Positions 1 to 8,050 of a DNA stretch of 64,000 nucleotides are shown here, one piece after another. The stretch's first letter is position 1. Every line of letters starts with the position of its first letter. Source of the DNA: a virus. Lineage: Duplodnaviria; Caudoviricetes. Made by a program: the position numbers and the translations under genes. The notes under the pieces were generated by a model. That model saw only the letters and a list, made by a program, of their open reading frames with translations. It was not told the DNA's origin and ran no database searches. The stretch covers positions 7,251 through 71,250 of IMG/VR virus record IMGVR_UViG_3300020577_001726; one strand, written 5' to 3'.

Positions 1-2
1 AC

Positions 3-821
3 CGCCACGAAGGTCGTATGGCTGACCAGAAGTCGATTGTTGAATTCCGTAACAACTCCCGCAACGTGCTGGCCTACTGGCTAGCAGACCGGATCGACCA
101 ACTAGCGTTCCTTTCGCTAGCGGGTATCTCATATGCGTATAAGCCGAATGGCGCAACGCGTGTGGGCTCGGACTTTCCGTTCCTAGAATTCGCGGCTGAC
201 GTTTCGGCTCCTACGAACCTACGCAGACTGCGTTGGGATGGTACCTCAGCTACTCATACCCTAGTTTCTTCAGCGGCTACTTCCGGCGTTGCAGCGACTG
301 ACCTTCCGTCGTACGAGATGATCGTGCAGCTGAAGGCATATGCCAAGGATCAATATATCCGTGGCGCGGGTGGTACGGGCGGCGACGAGAAGTTCCATAT
401 GTTCCTAACGCCGCAAGCGATGGCGAAGCTGAAGATGGACCAGAACTACATTCTAGCTCTCCGTCATGCGCAGAAGCGTGGTAACGACAACCCGCTGTTC
501 ACCGGCGACATCCCTGAGGTTGACGGCGTCATGATCCATGAATTCCGTCATGTGCCTAACACATCGGGCGCAGGTTCAGGTTCGAAGTACGGTGGTGCAG
601 GTACGGTTGAAGGTTGCCAGATCCTGTTCTGCGGTGCGCAAGCACTCGGTATGGCTGACATTGGGAATCCGGAATGGGTTGAGGAAGGCTTTGACTATGA
701 GAACCAACAAGGTATCTCGGTGTCTAAGATTCTAGGCCTCCTAAAGCCGAAGTTTAACAGCATCTACGCAGGTAACACGACCCAAGACTTTGGCGTGATC
801 TCTTGCTACGTTGCGCAATAA
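3..821 (+). CDS. Major capsid protein, N4-gp56-like family (5' truncated by window)
   Basis: Frame is open from base 3 (RHEGR-MADQKSIVEFR). Motifs GEIPEVDG-like GDIPEVDGVMIHE, LFCGAQALGMAD and C-terminal DFGVI are typical of N4-gp56-type capsid proteins. Confidence 0.85.
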   Translation, partial: RHEGRMADQKSIVEFRNNSRNVLAYWLADRIDQLAFLSLAGISYAYKPNGATRVGSDFPFLEFAADVSAPTNLRRLRWDGTSATHTLVSSAATSGVAATDLPSYEMIVQLKAYAKDQYIRGAGGTGGDEKFHMFLTPQAMAKLKMDQNYILALRHAQKRGNDNPLFTGDIPEVDGVMIHEFRHVPNTSGAGSGSKYGGAGTVEGCQILFCGAQALGMADIGNPEWVEEGFDYENQQGISVSKILGLLKPKFNSIYAGNTTQDFGVISCYVAQ

Positions 822-835
822 TAGGAGACTAGACA

Positions 836-1270
836 ATGGCCGCACTAAAAGCTTCCCGTTCTGCACAATGGCCGCTGGTTGCGACGTTCAAGTTCGATAT
901 CACTGATACCTTCGTGGACATCAATGGTGTGAGCAAGGCGTTCTCAGCTTCAGCCCCTGTGTTTGATATTATCAACCTGCCGCAAGGCGCTATCGTTGTC
1001 GGTGGCCAGATGATGGTTACCACAGCATCGAATGACTCGTCTACAGCTACGCTGAAGATTGGTGACTCGGTGGCAGATAACCGGTACTTAGCAGCAACAT
1101 CGATCAAGACGCCTGCGTCAACAGCCTTCACACTTACGGGCTATGAACCAGCGGGTCTTAATCTACGCGTCACACTCGCTAACGCTGGTGGCGATGCAAC
1201 AGCCGGTACAGTTCGGATTAATGTGTTCTTCATCCTGAACGGCCGCGCGAACGAAGTTTATCCGCAGTAA
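836..1270 (+). CDS. Putative capsid-associated/decoration protein
   Basis: 144 aa, beta-rich and Ala/Thr/Gly-rich, directly after the MCP with RBS GGAG; function inferred from position. Confidence 0.5.
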   Translation: MAALKASRSAQWPLVATFKFDITDTFVDINGVSKAFSASAPVFDIINLPQGAIVVGGQMMVTTASNDSSTATLKIGDSVADNRYLAATSIKTPASTAFTLTGYEPAGLNLRVTLANAGGDATAGTVRINVFFILNGRANEVYPQ

Positions 1271-1278
1271 TTAGGAAA

Positions 1279-1305
1279 AGGGGGAAGGTCAAAAGCCTTC
1301 CCCCT
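1279..1305. terminator. Stem-loop after capsid genes (terminator-like)
   Basis: AGGGGGAAGG-TCAAAAG-CCTTCCCCCT. No U-tract on +; only 4 U on the - strand. Confidence 0.45.
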
Positions 1306-1334
1306 AATCCCCCACCTACAATTCGGAGCGAAGT

Positions 1335-1763
1335 ATGCCTAGTTACGTTCTACATCGTAATTACACCTTGGTCACGCTCAGTGGCCGTGCTATCGAATTC
1401 GTCAAAGGTAAGCCGACCCATGTGCCGCCAGACTGTGTTAAGGCGGCTGTTGGTATTGGCGCTGTGCCTGCAGACGGTTCGGACCCCAATCTTGTGTTAG
1501 ATGGTGACGAAGTTCTTGTTCGCGCACCTACTGATCCCGAAGAACGGCTTGAGAAGATTCTTGAAGTCGTTCGTAACTTAGTCATCCGCAATGAGCGCGA
1601 CGACTTCACAGCCGCTGGTATCCCCAGCCCTAAGGTTGTGACCCGCATTCTCGGCTGGAAGGTTGACCTAAGAGAAGTTCACGCCGCGTATCGCGCCTAC
1701 AGTGAGCAGGTTAATGAGGTGCGCGCGCAGGAAGAAATCGACAAGCGAGTTGAGGCTTCATAA
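1335..1763 (+). CDS. Hypothetical virion morphogenesis protein
   Basis: 142-aa ORF with RBS GGAG; its stop overlaps the next start (TAATG). Confidence 0.6.
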   Translation: MPSYVLHRNYTLVTLSGRAIEFVKGKPTHVPPDCVKAAVGIGAVPADGSDPNLVLDGDEVLVRAPTDPEERLEKILEVVRNLVIRNERDDFTAAGIPSPKVVTRILGWKVDLREVHAAYRAYSEQVNEVRAQEEIDKRVEAS

Positions 1764-2458
1764 TGGCAATGACGAGCGACCAGCTTCTAGCGAAGTTCCG
1801 CCAAGATATGGTGGACGTAGCTACTGACCCACTTTGGACTGATGACGAAATCTACCAGTACATCGACGCGGCTCAGAAGGAGTTTTGTCGCCGTACGCTC
1901 GGTATCTCAGACTCACGTACCGACGAGATTTGCCGCTTAGCTCTTGCCGATGGTACTGAGTTCATCTCACTAGACCCCCGGATCCTAAAGATCCGTGGGG
2001 CTAGGATTGAGAGCAACGGCGCTCCGGTGGAGATCATGAACTATGAGAACCTGATCTCCCAGCCCTCATGGCCGTTCGATTACGGTCAGAGCCACCGTGT
2101 GGTTCTGGATAACTCCGTCGGACCAGAATGCAAAGCTCTGATTACCGACATGGAGCAGGATATGGTTCGTATCCTCCCTATTTCGAGCACTGAGCAGGTA
2201 GTGCTGCTGAGTGTGTACCGTCTGCCGCTACATGACATTACGCAGACAAACCAGATGTTGGAGATCCACGAACAACACCATCTATATTTACTGTACTGGG
2301 TGAAGCATTTAGCTCTCCTTAAGCAAGATGCTGAGGTATTCGACAAGAACAAGTCAGACGCTATGGCTGCAGCTTTCTTGAATTATTGCGCTCAAGCAAA
2401 ACATGAGCAGGAGCGGCGCGAGCATAAACCTAGGACGGTAATGTATGGCGGATTATAA
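1763..2458 (+). CDS. Putative head-tail adaptor protein
   Basis: N-terminal pattern L..FR.D..D....LWTDDEI..YI..AQ.EFC and C-terminal I.E.HH.YLLYWV resemble podovirus adaptor/tail-tubular-A-like proteins. Confidence 0.6.
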   Translation: MAMTSDQLLAKFRQDMVDVATDPLWTDDEIYQYIDAAQKEFCRRTLGISDSRTDEICRLALADGTEFISLDPRILKIRGARIESNGAPVEIMNYENLISQPSWPFDYGQSHRVVLDNSVGPECKALITDMEQDMVRILPISSTEQVVLLSVYRLPLHDITQTNQMLEIHEQHHLYLLYWVKHLALLKQDAEVFDKNKSDAMAAAFLNYCAQAKHEQERREHKPRTVMYGGL

Positions 2459-2753
2459 GAACCAAATGCCAGAGAACTGGAGGCAGAAACTATTTGTTGG
2501 TGTTGAGATACCCCTTCCATGGTTGGTAGGCATTGTTATCGCGCTGTTCTTTAATGCTGGTGTACTGTACTCTCAGTTTGATGCTATTAGGAAGCAAAAC
2601 GACGAATTTGTTAAGTTTATCAAAGACTTTTCGACCCGCACAGAGCAAATTGAACGCCGTGTTGAACGTATGGATGATAAGAACGCGCTCCAAGACACAC
2701 AGTTACTAGATCACGAACGCCGTTTGCGGGATGTCGAAAGGCTTAAGAAATGA
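2445..2753 (+). CDS. Single-TM membrane protein with coiled-coil tail (holin/antiholin candidate)
   Basis: One hydrophobic segment (WLVGIVIALFFNAGVLY) then a charged heptad-like region; directly upstream of the endolysin. Confidence 0.5.
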   Translation: MADYKNQMPENWRQKLFVGVEIPLPWLVGIVIALFFNAGVLYSQFDAIRKQNDEFVKFIKDFSTRTEQIERRVERMDDKNALQDTQLLDHERRLRDVERLKK

Positions 2754-3289
2754 TCGACACTACTCAGCTATCGAAAATCTACATAAACGCTAAGCTAGAC
2801 ACTATCGAAAAATTTATAGAGCCGCTGAATGGAACATTTGATAAATTTGAGATTTCTTCTATCCTCCGTCGCGCAGCTTTTTTGGCTCAGATTGGACATG
2901 AATCTGGAGAATTGCGATACGTTAAAGAGATTTGGGGTCCTACTTCGGCGCAGCTGGGTTATGAGGGTCGTTTAGACTTAGGGAATACAGAAAAGGGTGA
3001 TGGTAAGCGCTTTATGGGTCGCGGATTGATCCAGATTACTGGGCGTGCGAATTATGACCGGTGTGGTAAAGCACTAGATCTTGATCTTCTGGACGAGCCA
3101 GAACTGCTAGAACAGCCCGAGTATGCGGCTATTAGCGCTGGATGGTTCTGGAAGATGCGCGGATGTAATGTGCCTGCGGATATGGGTGACATGGTCCGTG
3201 TTACGAAGCTGATCAATGGCGGGCAGAACGGCCTAGATCAGCGTTTAGAACTCTACAGCCGCGCTATAGCGGTGCTAGGAAGTTCATGA
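2750..3289 (+). CDS. Endolysin, glycoside hydrolase family 19
   Basis: AAFLAQIGHESG, GRGLIQITGRANY and VTKLINGG.NGL..R motifs of GH19 phage lysozymes. Confidence 0.92.
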   Translation: MIDTTQLSKIYINAKLDTIEKFIEPLNGTFDKFEISSILRRAAFLAQIGHESGELRYVKEIWGPTSAQLGYEGRLDLGNTEKGDGKRFMGRGLIQITGRANYDRCGKALDLDLLDEPELLEQPEYAAISAGWFWKMRGCNVPADMGDMVRVTKLINGGQNGLDQRLELYSRAIAVLGSS

Positions 3290-3621
3290 CGTGGTTGCTG
3301 TACGGCGTTTGTCTTGCGTTCATAATCTATGTTTGGTGGATCCATAGGAAGAAGGATGGTCCGTTTGATTTCCAAGATCTCTTCCTAGACCACTCAAATA
3401 ATCGCGCCTCGTTGCCGAAGATAATGATCGCATGGCTGCTCGTACTGTCGTCATGGGTTATCATTGTTAAGACATTAGGTATATACAAGGCAGACGGCAT
3501 AGAGAGTCTTCTGCTGGGCCTAGTAACTGTGTTTGTAGGACAGATTACTGTTCTCGCAGCCATTGATCGCTGGAAAGCACCGCCACCGGACCCGCCTAAA
3601 CCACCGGAGATTGGGGAATGA
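3286..3621 (+). CDS. Holin candidate (multi-TM)
   Basis: Three hydrophobic segments in 111 aa, between endolysin and spanins. Confidence 0.55.
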   Translation: MTWLLYGVCLAFIIYVWWIHRKKDGPFDFQDLFLDHSNNRASLPKIMIAWLLVLSSWVIIVKTLGIYKADGIESLLLGLVTVFVGQITVLAAIDRWKAPPPDPPKPPEIGE

Positions 3622-4070
3622 TGTACGTATACTTAGCCATTGCGCTGTTCGTAATGGCGGCTGGTGGGGCTATCGTGTGGAAGTATAACCACGCGCTTGA
3701 GCGTGCGGTAGAAGCTGAGCAGCGCGCAGCTACTGCGGAAGAAGGGCTAAAGGCGTACGAGAAGTCGTACAACTACCTCCTAGCGCAGCACAAGAAGCTG
3801 GATGCCACACTCACAGCTAAAACGAAGTCGGATATCAAAATCAGGCAGGAACTGAACAATGTACAAGCACAACTTGAAGACCTTAAGCGCAAGGATCCCT
3901 CGGTCATGGATTGGGCCAATGAGCCTGTCCCTCCTGCTGTTATTGACTTCTTGCGCATCAAGCCCGACACTCCCGCCGGTAAAGGAGACGGAAGTGGTTC
4001 CGGTGCCAAAGGCCCTGACGTACCCAACACCGGATCCGCTGGAGGGGGAATCACTATCAAACCTAACTAA
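3618..4070 (+). CDS. rz: Rz-like inner-membrane spanin
   Basis: N-terminal TM followed by a long coiled coil and W....VP..V motif; overlapped by a lipoprotein ORF. Confidence 0.8.
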   Translation: MMYVYLAIALFVMAAGGAIVWKYNHALERAVEAEQRAATAEEGLKAYEKSYNYLLAQHKKLDATLTAKTKSDIKIRQELNNVQAQLEDLKRKDPSVMDWANEPVPPAVIDFLRIKPDTPAGKGDGSGSGAKGPDVPNTGSAGGGITIKPN

Positions 4071-4173
4071 CGGGCAGTTGGTGGCTATTATCCGCACATA
4101 CCGCGCGTCTTTGGTAACGTGTAATTCAGATAAATCTTTAATTGAACAGTTTTTAGTCCCGTCGGGACAATAA
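3919..4173 (+). CDS. rz1: Rz1-like outer-membrane lipoprotein spanin
   Basis: MSLSLLLLLTSC lipobox and Pro-rich mature part, in another frame overlapping Rz. The start could be 3859. Confidence 0.8.
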   Translation: MSLSLLLLLTSCASSPTLPPVKETEVVPVPKALTYPTPDPLEGESLSNLTNGQLVAIIRTYRASLVTCNSDKSLIEQFLVPSGQ

Positions 4174-4208
4174 GGTCAGCCGGTAGTCCCTAATCGTTGA
4201 TGGGTTGG

Positions 4209-4235
4209 TTGAACGGGTCCGCTTCCCGGTATAAT
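4209..4235 (+). promoter_or_regulatory. Possible sigma70-like promoter for tail genes
   Basis: TTGAAC-N15-TATAAT in the intergenic gap; perfect -10 but short spacer. Confidence 0.3.
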
Positions 4236-4242
4236 CACGATA

Positions 4243-4280
4243 GTTGGGGGCCTTCGCTGGCTCCGCGAAGGTGCCCCAAC
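4243..4280 (+). promoter_or_regulatory. 15-bp leader hairpin without U-tract
   Basis: GTTGGGG-GCCTTCGC / GCGAAGGT-G-CCCCAAC, upstream of the GGAG RBS of the 4301 gene. Confidence 0.5.
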
Positions 4281-4300
4281 ACCACCCATAGGAGATTGGA

Positions 4301-4699
4301 ATGGCAAACACATTATACGATCCGGGCCGCGAAGCGTTCCTGACAGGGACGATTAACTGGTCCTCGGATACTATTAAGGTCGTCCTAGTTGACACAGGTA
4401 CGTATACGTTCAGCTCAGGACACCAGTACTACAGCTCTATTTCAGGCGTTATCGCAGGACCGCAGACGCTCGGCTCAAAGACGACAACGAACGGCGCAGC
4501 TGATGCCGCAGACGTTACGTTCACGGCTGTTTCGGGCTCATCTATTGAGGCTATTATTATCTACAAGGATACGGGCTCATCAGCTACGTCTCCGCTGATT
4601 GCGTACATCGACACTGCTACTGGCTTACCAATTACACCTAATGGCGGGGATATAATCGTCACGTGGGATAATGGTAGTAGTCGCATATTCAAGTTGTAA
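4301..4699 (+). CDS. Small virion structural (tail/fibre-associated) protein
   Basis: 132 aa, Thr/Ser/Gly-rich; DTIKVVLV...DAADVTF...LIAYID...PNGGDI.VTW pattern is common in phage tail modules. Confidence 0.6.
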   Translation: MANTLYDPGREAFLTGTINWSSDTIKVVLVDTGTYTFSSGHQYYSSISGVIAGPQTLGSKTTTNGAADAADVTFTAVSGSSIEAIIIYKDTGSSATSPLIAYIDTATGLPITPNGGDIIVTWDNGSSRIFKL

Positions 4700-4746
4700 T
4701 AAAGCAACGCCCACGTTATACCCTAGTCTCACAGAAGGAGATTAGT

Positions 4747-5220
4747 ATGACTACAATAGCCGCCAATCTCCAAATGATGGCGGCAGATTCCCGCGTCACA
4801 GTAGATGAGACGAGTTATCTGTCGCCTAAGCTATTTAAGCTTCCGGACGTAATTATAGGGTGTGCAGGGGACACAGAAGCCTGTCACCTGTTCGTAGAGT
4901 GGTACCAAGACCAGAGTAACGCTCTTGTAATACCTAAAGGGATGGATGTAGAGGCGTTGGTGCTTAATCATAAAGGCCTGTACAGATACGGCTCTCGCGG
5001 CCGTCCCGACATCATACGCGATGGTATAATGGCCGTGGGGACTGGAAGCGCCATTGCGATGGCATCGATGGACACTATGATTAGATTAGGCCTAGCTCCA
5101 GACCCCCGCATTGCAGTGGAGGTTGCTTGTAAGCGCAATCCCGGCAGCAGCCTACCTATAGACTTTTTTGAACTAGGGCCGAAGCCCGCCGCGCCGAAGA
5201 GGAAGCGAAAGAATGGCTAA
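4747..5220 (+). CDS. Ntn-hydrolase, HslV/proteasome-beta-like peptidase
   Basis: M-TTIAA N-terminus (Thr nucleophile after Met removal), AADSR, downstream Lys, GCAG and AVGTGS motifs. Confidence 0.75.
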   Translation: MTTIAANLQMMAADSRVTVDETSYLSPKLFKLPDVIIGCAGDTEACHLFVEWYQDQSNALVIPKGMDVEALVLNHKGLYRYGSRGRPDIIRDGIMAVGTGSAIAMASMDTMIRLGLAPDPRIAVEVACKRNPGSSLPIDFFELGPKPAAPKRKRKNG

Positions 5221-5632
5221 AAATACCCAGTTAACTAACTTGGTGGTGGATGCACAGGGCGACGCGCTCGTCACACTTGCCGATCACGGCTGGATTGACG
5301 TCTTGGACGGCACACAACCCGCCACTGGCGATACGGCTATCTCTACCCAAACTTTGCTGGTGAGCCTTCGCCTATCGACCCCAGCGGCGGGCGCTACATC
5401 CAGTGGTGTTATCACGTTCAGCGCGGTGACATCGGGTACCGCCGTCGCTACTGGCACGGCTACGTGGTTCCGTGTATATAAGACTGACCACACAACCGCC
5501 CTGTTCGATGGCTCCGTTGGCACATCCGGCGCTAACTTGAATTTCTCTTCTACAACATCTATTGTGTCTGGGCAGACTATTAGCGTTTCGTCGTTTACCC
5601 ACACAATTGCTAAGTCTACTTCGGGGTCATAA
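5213..5632 (+). CDS. Small virion structural protein
   Basis: 139 aa, Thr/Ser-rich; DGTQPAT..T, GTATWFRV and DGSVG..G pattern seen in phage tail proteins. Confidence 0.6.
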   Translation: MAKNTQLTNLVVDAQGDALVTLADHGWIDVLDGTQPATGDTAISTQTLLVSLRLSTPAAGATSSGVITFSAVTSGTAVATGTATWFRVYKTDHTTALFDGSVGTSGANLNFSSTTSIVSGQTISVSSFTHTIAKSTSGS

Positions 5633-5633
5633 C

Positions 5634-6446
5634 ATGGCTATTTCGACACTTGATGACTACATTGGCTCTGCTAAGCAGATCATACCGATCAGCAAGACCA
5701 CAGCACGTACGACCGTGGCTAACGGTTGGTTCTCGCTTTTCGATATCGCCGGTAACCCCGGTTCTGGTACGCTGGCCGGTTCCAGCACATCTGCTGGCGT
5801 GGTTCCTACGGACGCTACTGCCGGTTGCCCGATCATCTCGTTCTCAACTGGCACGGGATATCTCGCTACCGTGGATTTCGGTAACACAGTCGCGTCGCGG
5901 CTTATGATTGCCGATATCTTATGGAAAGGCGGCGCGTATGCTTACAACTCAGGGACTACGTCCCTCTCGGCGCAACCATCATATTCTTCTCGCGTCCCGG
6001 GCGGTACGGATTACACTGGTACGCAAATTTGGATCGAAGTATCTACCGCTTTTACTTCCGCTACTACTTGGCACGTAGAATGTACATACACGGACCAATC
6101 AGGCAACCCGGGCGCTACAACTGCAACGATGTCGAGCACAACCGCCGCGAACTTAACGCTTGGTCGTATGTACCAGTTGGCGTTAGCTTCTGGCGATACC
6201 GGCGTGCAGAAGATTGAATCTGTGATCGTAACAACAGGTGCCGCAGCGTCTGGGGCATTCAATGTGTTGGTGCTGCGTCCTCTATGGTCAGGCCGCGTGC
6301 CTGCGATTAATAGCGGCGACTGCCATGGACTAGATCGTACCGGCATGCCGGTTGTGTATACAGACTCTGCACTGGCGCTATATGTGAACGCGGATTCTAC
6401 GTCTTCAGGTCTACCGGATGTTACGGTAGAGATCGCGAGTGCTTAA
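5634..6446 (+). CDS. Putative tail/fibre protein, paralogue 1 of 3
   Basis: Start set at ATG 5634 (MAISTL). Shares AQPSYSSRVPGG, QIW.E, YTDQSG, SGD.GVQ, RPLW, GMP and C-terminal SA with the next two ORFs. Confidence 0.65.
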   Translation: MAISTLDDYIGSAKQIIPISKTTARTTVANGWFSLFDIAGNPGSGTLAGSSTSAGVVPTDATAGCPIISFSTGTGYLATVDFGNTVASRLMIADILWKGGAYAYNSGTTSLSAQPSYSSRVPGGTDYTGTQIWIEVSTAFTSATTWHVECTYTDQSGNPGATTATMSSTTAANLTLGRMYQLALASGDTGVQKIESVIVTTGAAASGAFNVLVLRPLWSGRVPAINSGDCHGLDRTGMPVVYTDSALALYVNADSTSSGLPDVTVEIASA

Positions 6447-7255
6447 TGACGATTTCCACGCTGGCGCAATATAATGCCGCTTTTAGGCAGACAATTAGGG
6501 TCAGTAAAGCGTCGCCGGGTAGCCAATCTTCGTTGATCTGGATATCGACGTCTATGGCCGGTGCTGGCGATCCTGCGGCTATATCTTCTTTTGGCGGTAC
6601 AACCAACGGTGCGGTTCCTACATCTGCCACTACTGGCGCGCTTGCGCTTCTTCCGTTTTCCGGAACTGGATACATATCCCGTATAGAATATAGCTGTACA
6701 GCAGTTGGATGCCGCATTATGCTGTATGACAGGCTATTCCATGCGGGAACGTTTTCCGGCGCTTCCGTAGCTGTAAATTCACTTACTGCGCAACCTTCGT
6801 ATTCGTCGCGCGTACCGGGTGGGAATTACAGCGGTTTACAGATATGGCTTGAGCAACAATCTGGCGGCGGCGGCGTTAATGCAAGTAATCAAATGCGTGT
6901 TGGATATACGGATCAGTCGGGAAATACCGGGCACGTTTCCGGTACGGTTACGAAACAGCAGAACGCTGCGGGCGGTTTTATCCCCGTGGCATTAGCTTCC
7001 GGTGATTGCGGCGTACAGGTGATAGAAAATTTCGAAGTAGTGGCGCAGTCGTCTAACTCTAACTACAACGTTGTAGTAGCCCGCCCGCTGTGGTCCGGAA
7101 GATGCGACGACAACGACATTGTGTATACGCACTATTTCGATAGAACCGGGATGCCTATTATATATTCTGATTCGTGTCTGGCAATAGCGACAATACATGA
7201 TTCTGCTACGACGGCCCCAGCTGTTCTTATGGATATAGAAGTTGTGAGCGCATAA
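6446..7255 (+). CDS. Putative tail/fibre protein, paralogue 2 of 3
   Basis: Same motif set; TAATG coupling at both ends. Confidence 0.65.
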   Translation: MTISTLAQYNAAFRQTIRVSKASPGSQSSLIWISTSMAGAGDPAAISSFGGTTNGAVPTSATTGALALLPFSGTGYISRIEYSCTAVGCRIMLYDRLFHAGTFSGASVAVNSLTAQPSYSSRVPGGNYSGLQIWLEQQSGGGGVNASNQMRVGYTDQSGNTGHVSGTVTKQQNAAGGFIPVALASGDCGVQVIENFEVVAQSSNSNYNVVVARPLWSGRCDDNDIVYTHYFDRTGMPIIYSDSCLAIATIHDSATTAPAVLMDIEVVSA

Positions 7256-8049
7256 TGGCTATTTCTACTCTTTCTGATTACGCTTCTGCCCTAAAACAAC
7301 AAGTTGTATTCACAAAAACTCCGGGTAATAGTAATCAAACATACACCTGCTGGGCCTCTTCTGGCGTCCCAGCTGCTGGATCTTTGGCTATAGGTAATAC
7401 AGCTAACGGTGTCGTGCCTACAAATGCTACTACGGGCGCGCCGTCTATAACCGCTTTCAGTGGTAGTGGGTATATAACTAAGGTGGAAGCTCTTTGCGTG
7501 GCTGCTGCAAATATTACCGGAAGGGTAATACTATATGATCGTCTTTTTCATGCGGGTTCATATGCGTTTAATGCTTCTACGACACTAGCTTCGCAACCTT
7601 CGTATTCTTCACGGGTCCCGGGCGGCACCGACTATACTGGTACGCAGATATGGATAGAAACTACGTCAACTTTTTCCGGTAGCGCCGCTATCGCGGTTAC
7701 GTATACGAATCAAAGCGGGGCTACTGGGCATACAACCGGGACCGTAACTATTGGCGCTACAGTTTCTGCTAACATGGTAATGTTGCCTCTCCAATCTGGA
7801 GACAGCGGCGTACAAAAAATAGAATCCGTTACGGCCACGGTGGCATCAGCGGGGGCGTTCAATGTAGTAGTTGCACGGCCGCTTTGGACTTGGTGGTTTT
7901 CGAAAACTAACGAGAGCGTTTTACATCCGTTAGAAGTAGTTGGCATGCCGCAGATTTGGCAGGATTCCTGTCTCGCTTTAATTTATTTCCAGCACGGTTC
8001 GGGAGCACCAAATCCTTTAGAGTTGTATTTGGAAGTAGCGAGCGCTTAA
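7255..8049 (+). CDS. Putative tail/fibre protein, paralogue 3 of 3
   Basis: Same motif set (MAISTL...EVASA). Confidence 0.65.
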   Translation: MAISTLSDYASALKQQVVFTKTPGNSNQTYTCWASSGVPAAGSLAIGNTANGVVPTNATTGAPSITAFSGSGYITKVEALCVAAANITGRVILYDRLFHAGSYAFNASTTLASQPSYSSRVPGGTDYTGTQIWIETTSTFSGSAAIAVTYTNQSGATGHTTGTVTIGATVSANMVMLPLQSGDSGVQKIESVTATVASAGAFNVVVARPLWTWWFSKTNESVLHPLEVVGMPQIWQDSCLALIYFQHGSGAPNPLELYLEVASA

Positions 8050-8050
8050 T

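Noticed and set aside
5634-8049. Diversity-generating retroelement or invertible shufflon explanation for the paralogues
   Set aside because: No reverse transcriptase, no adenine-specific template/variable repeat pair, no recombinase or inverted sites; DNA identity is patchy.
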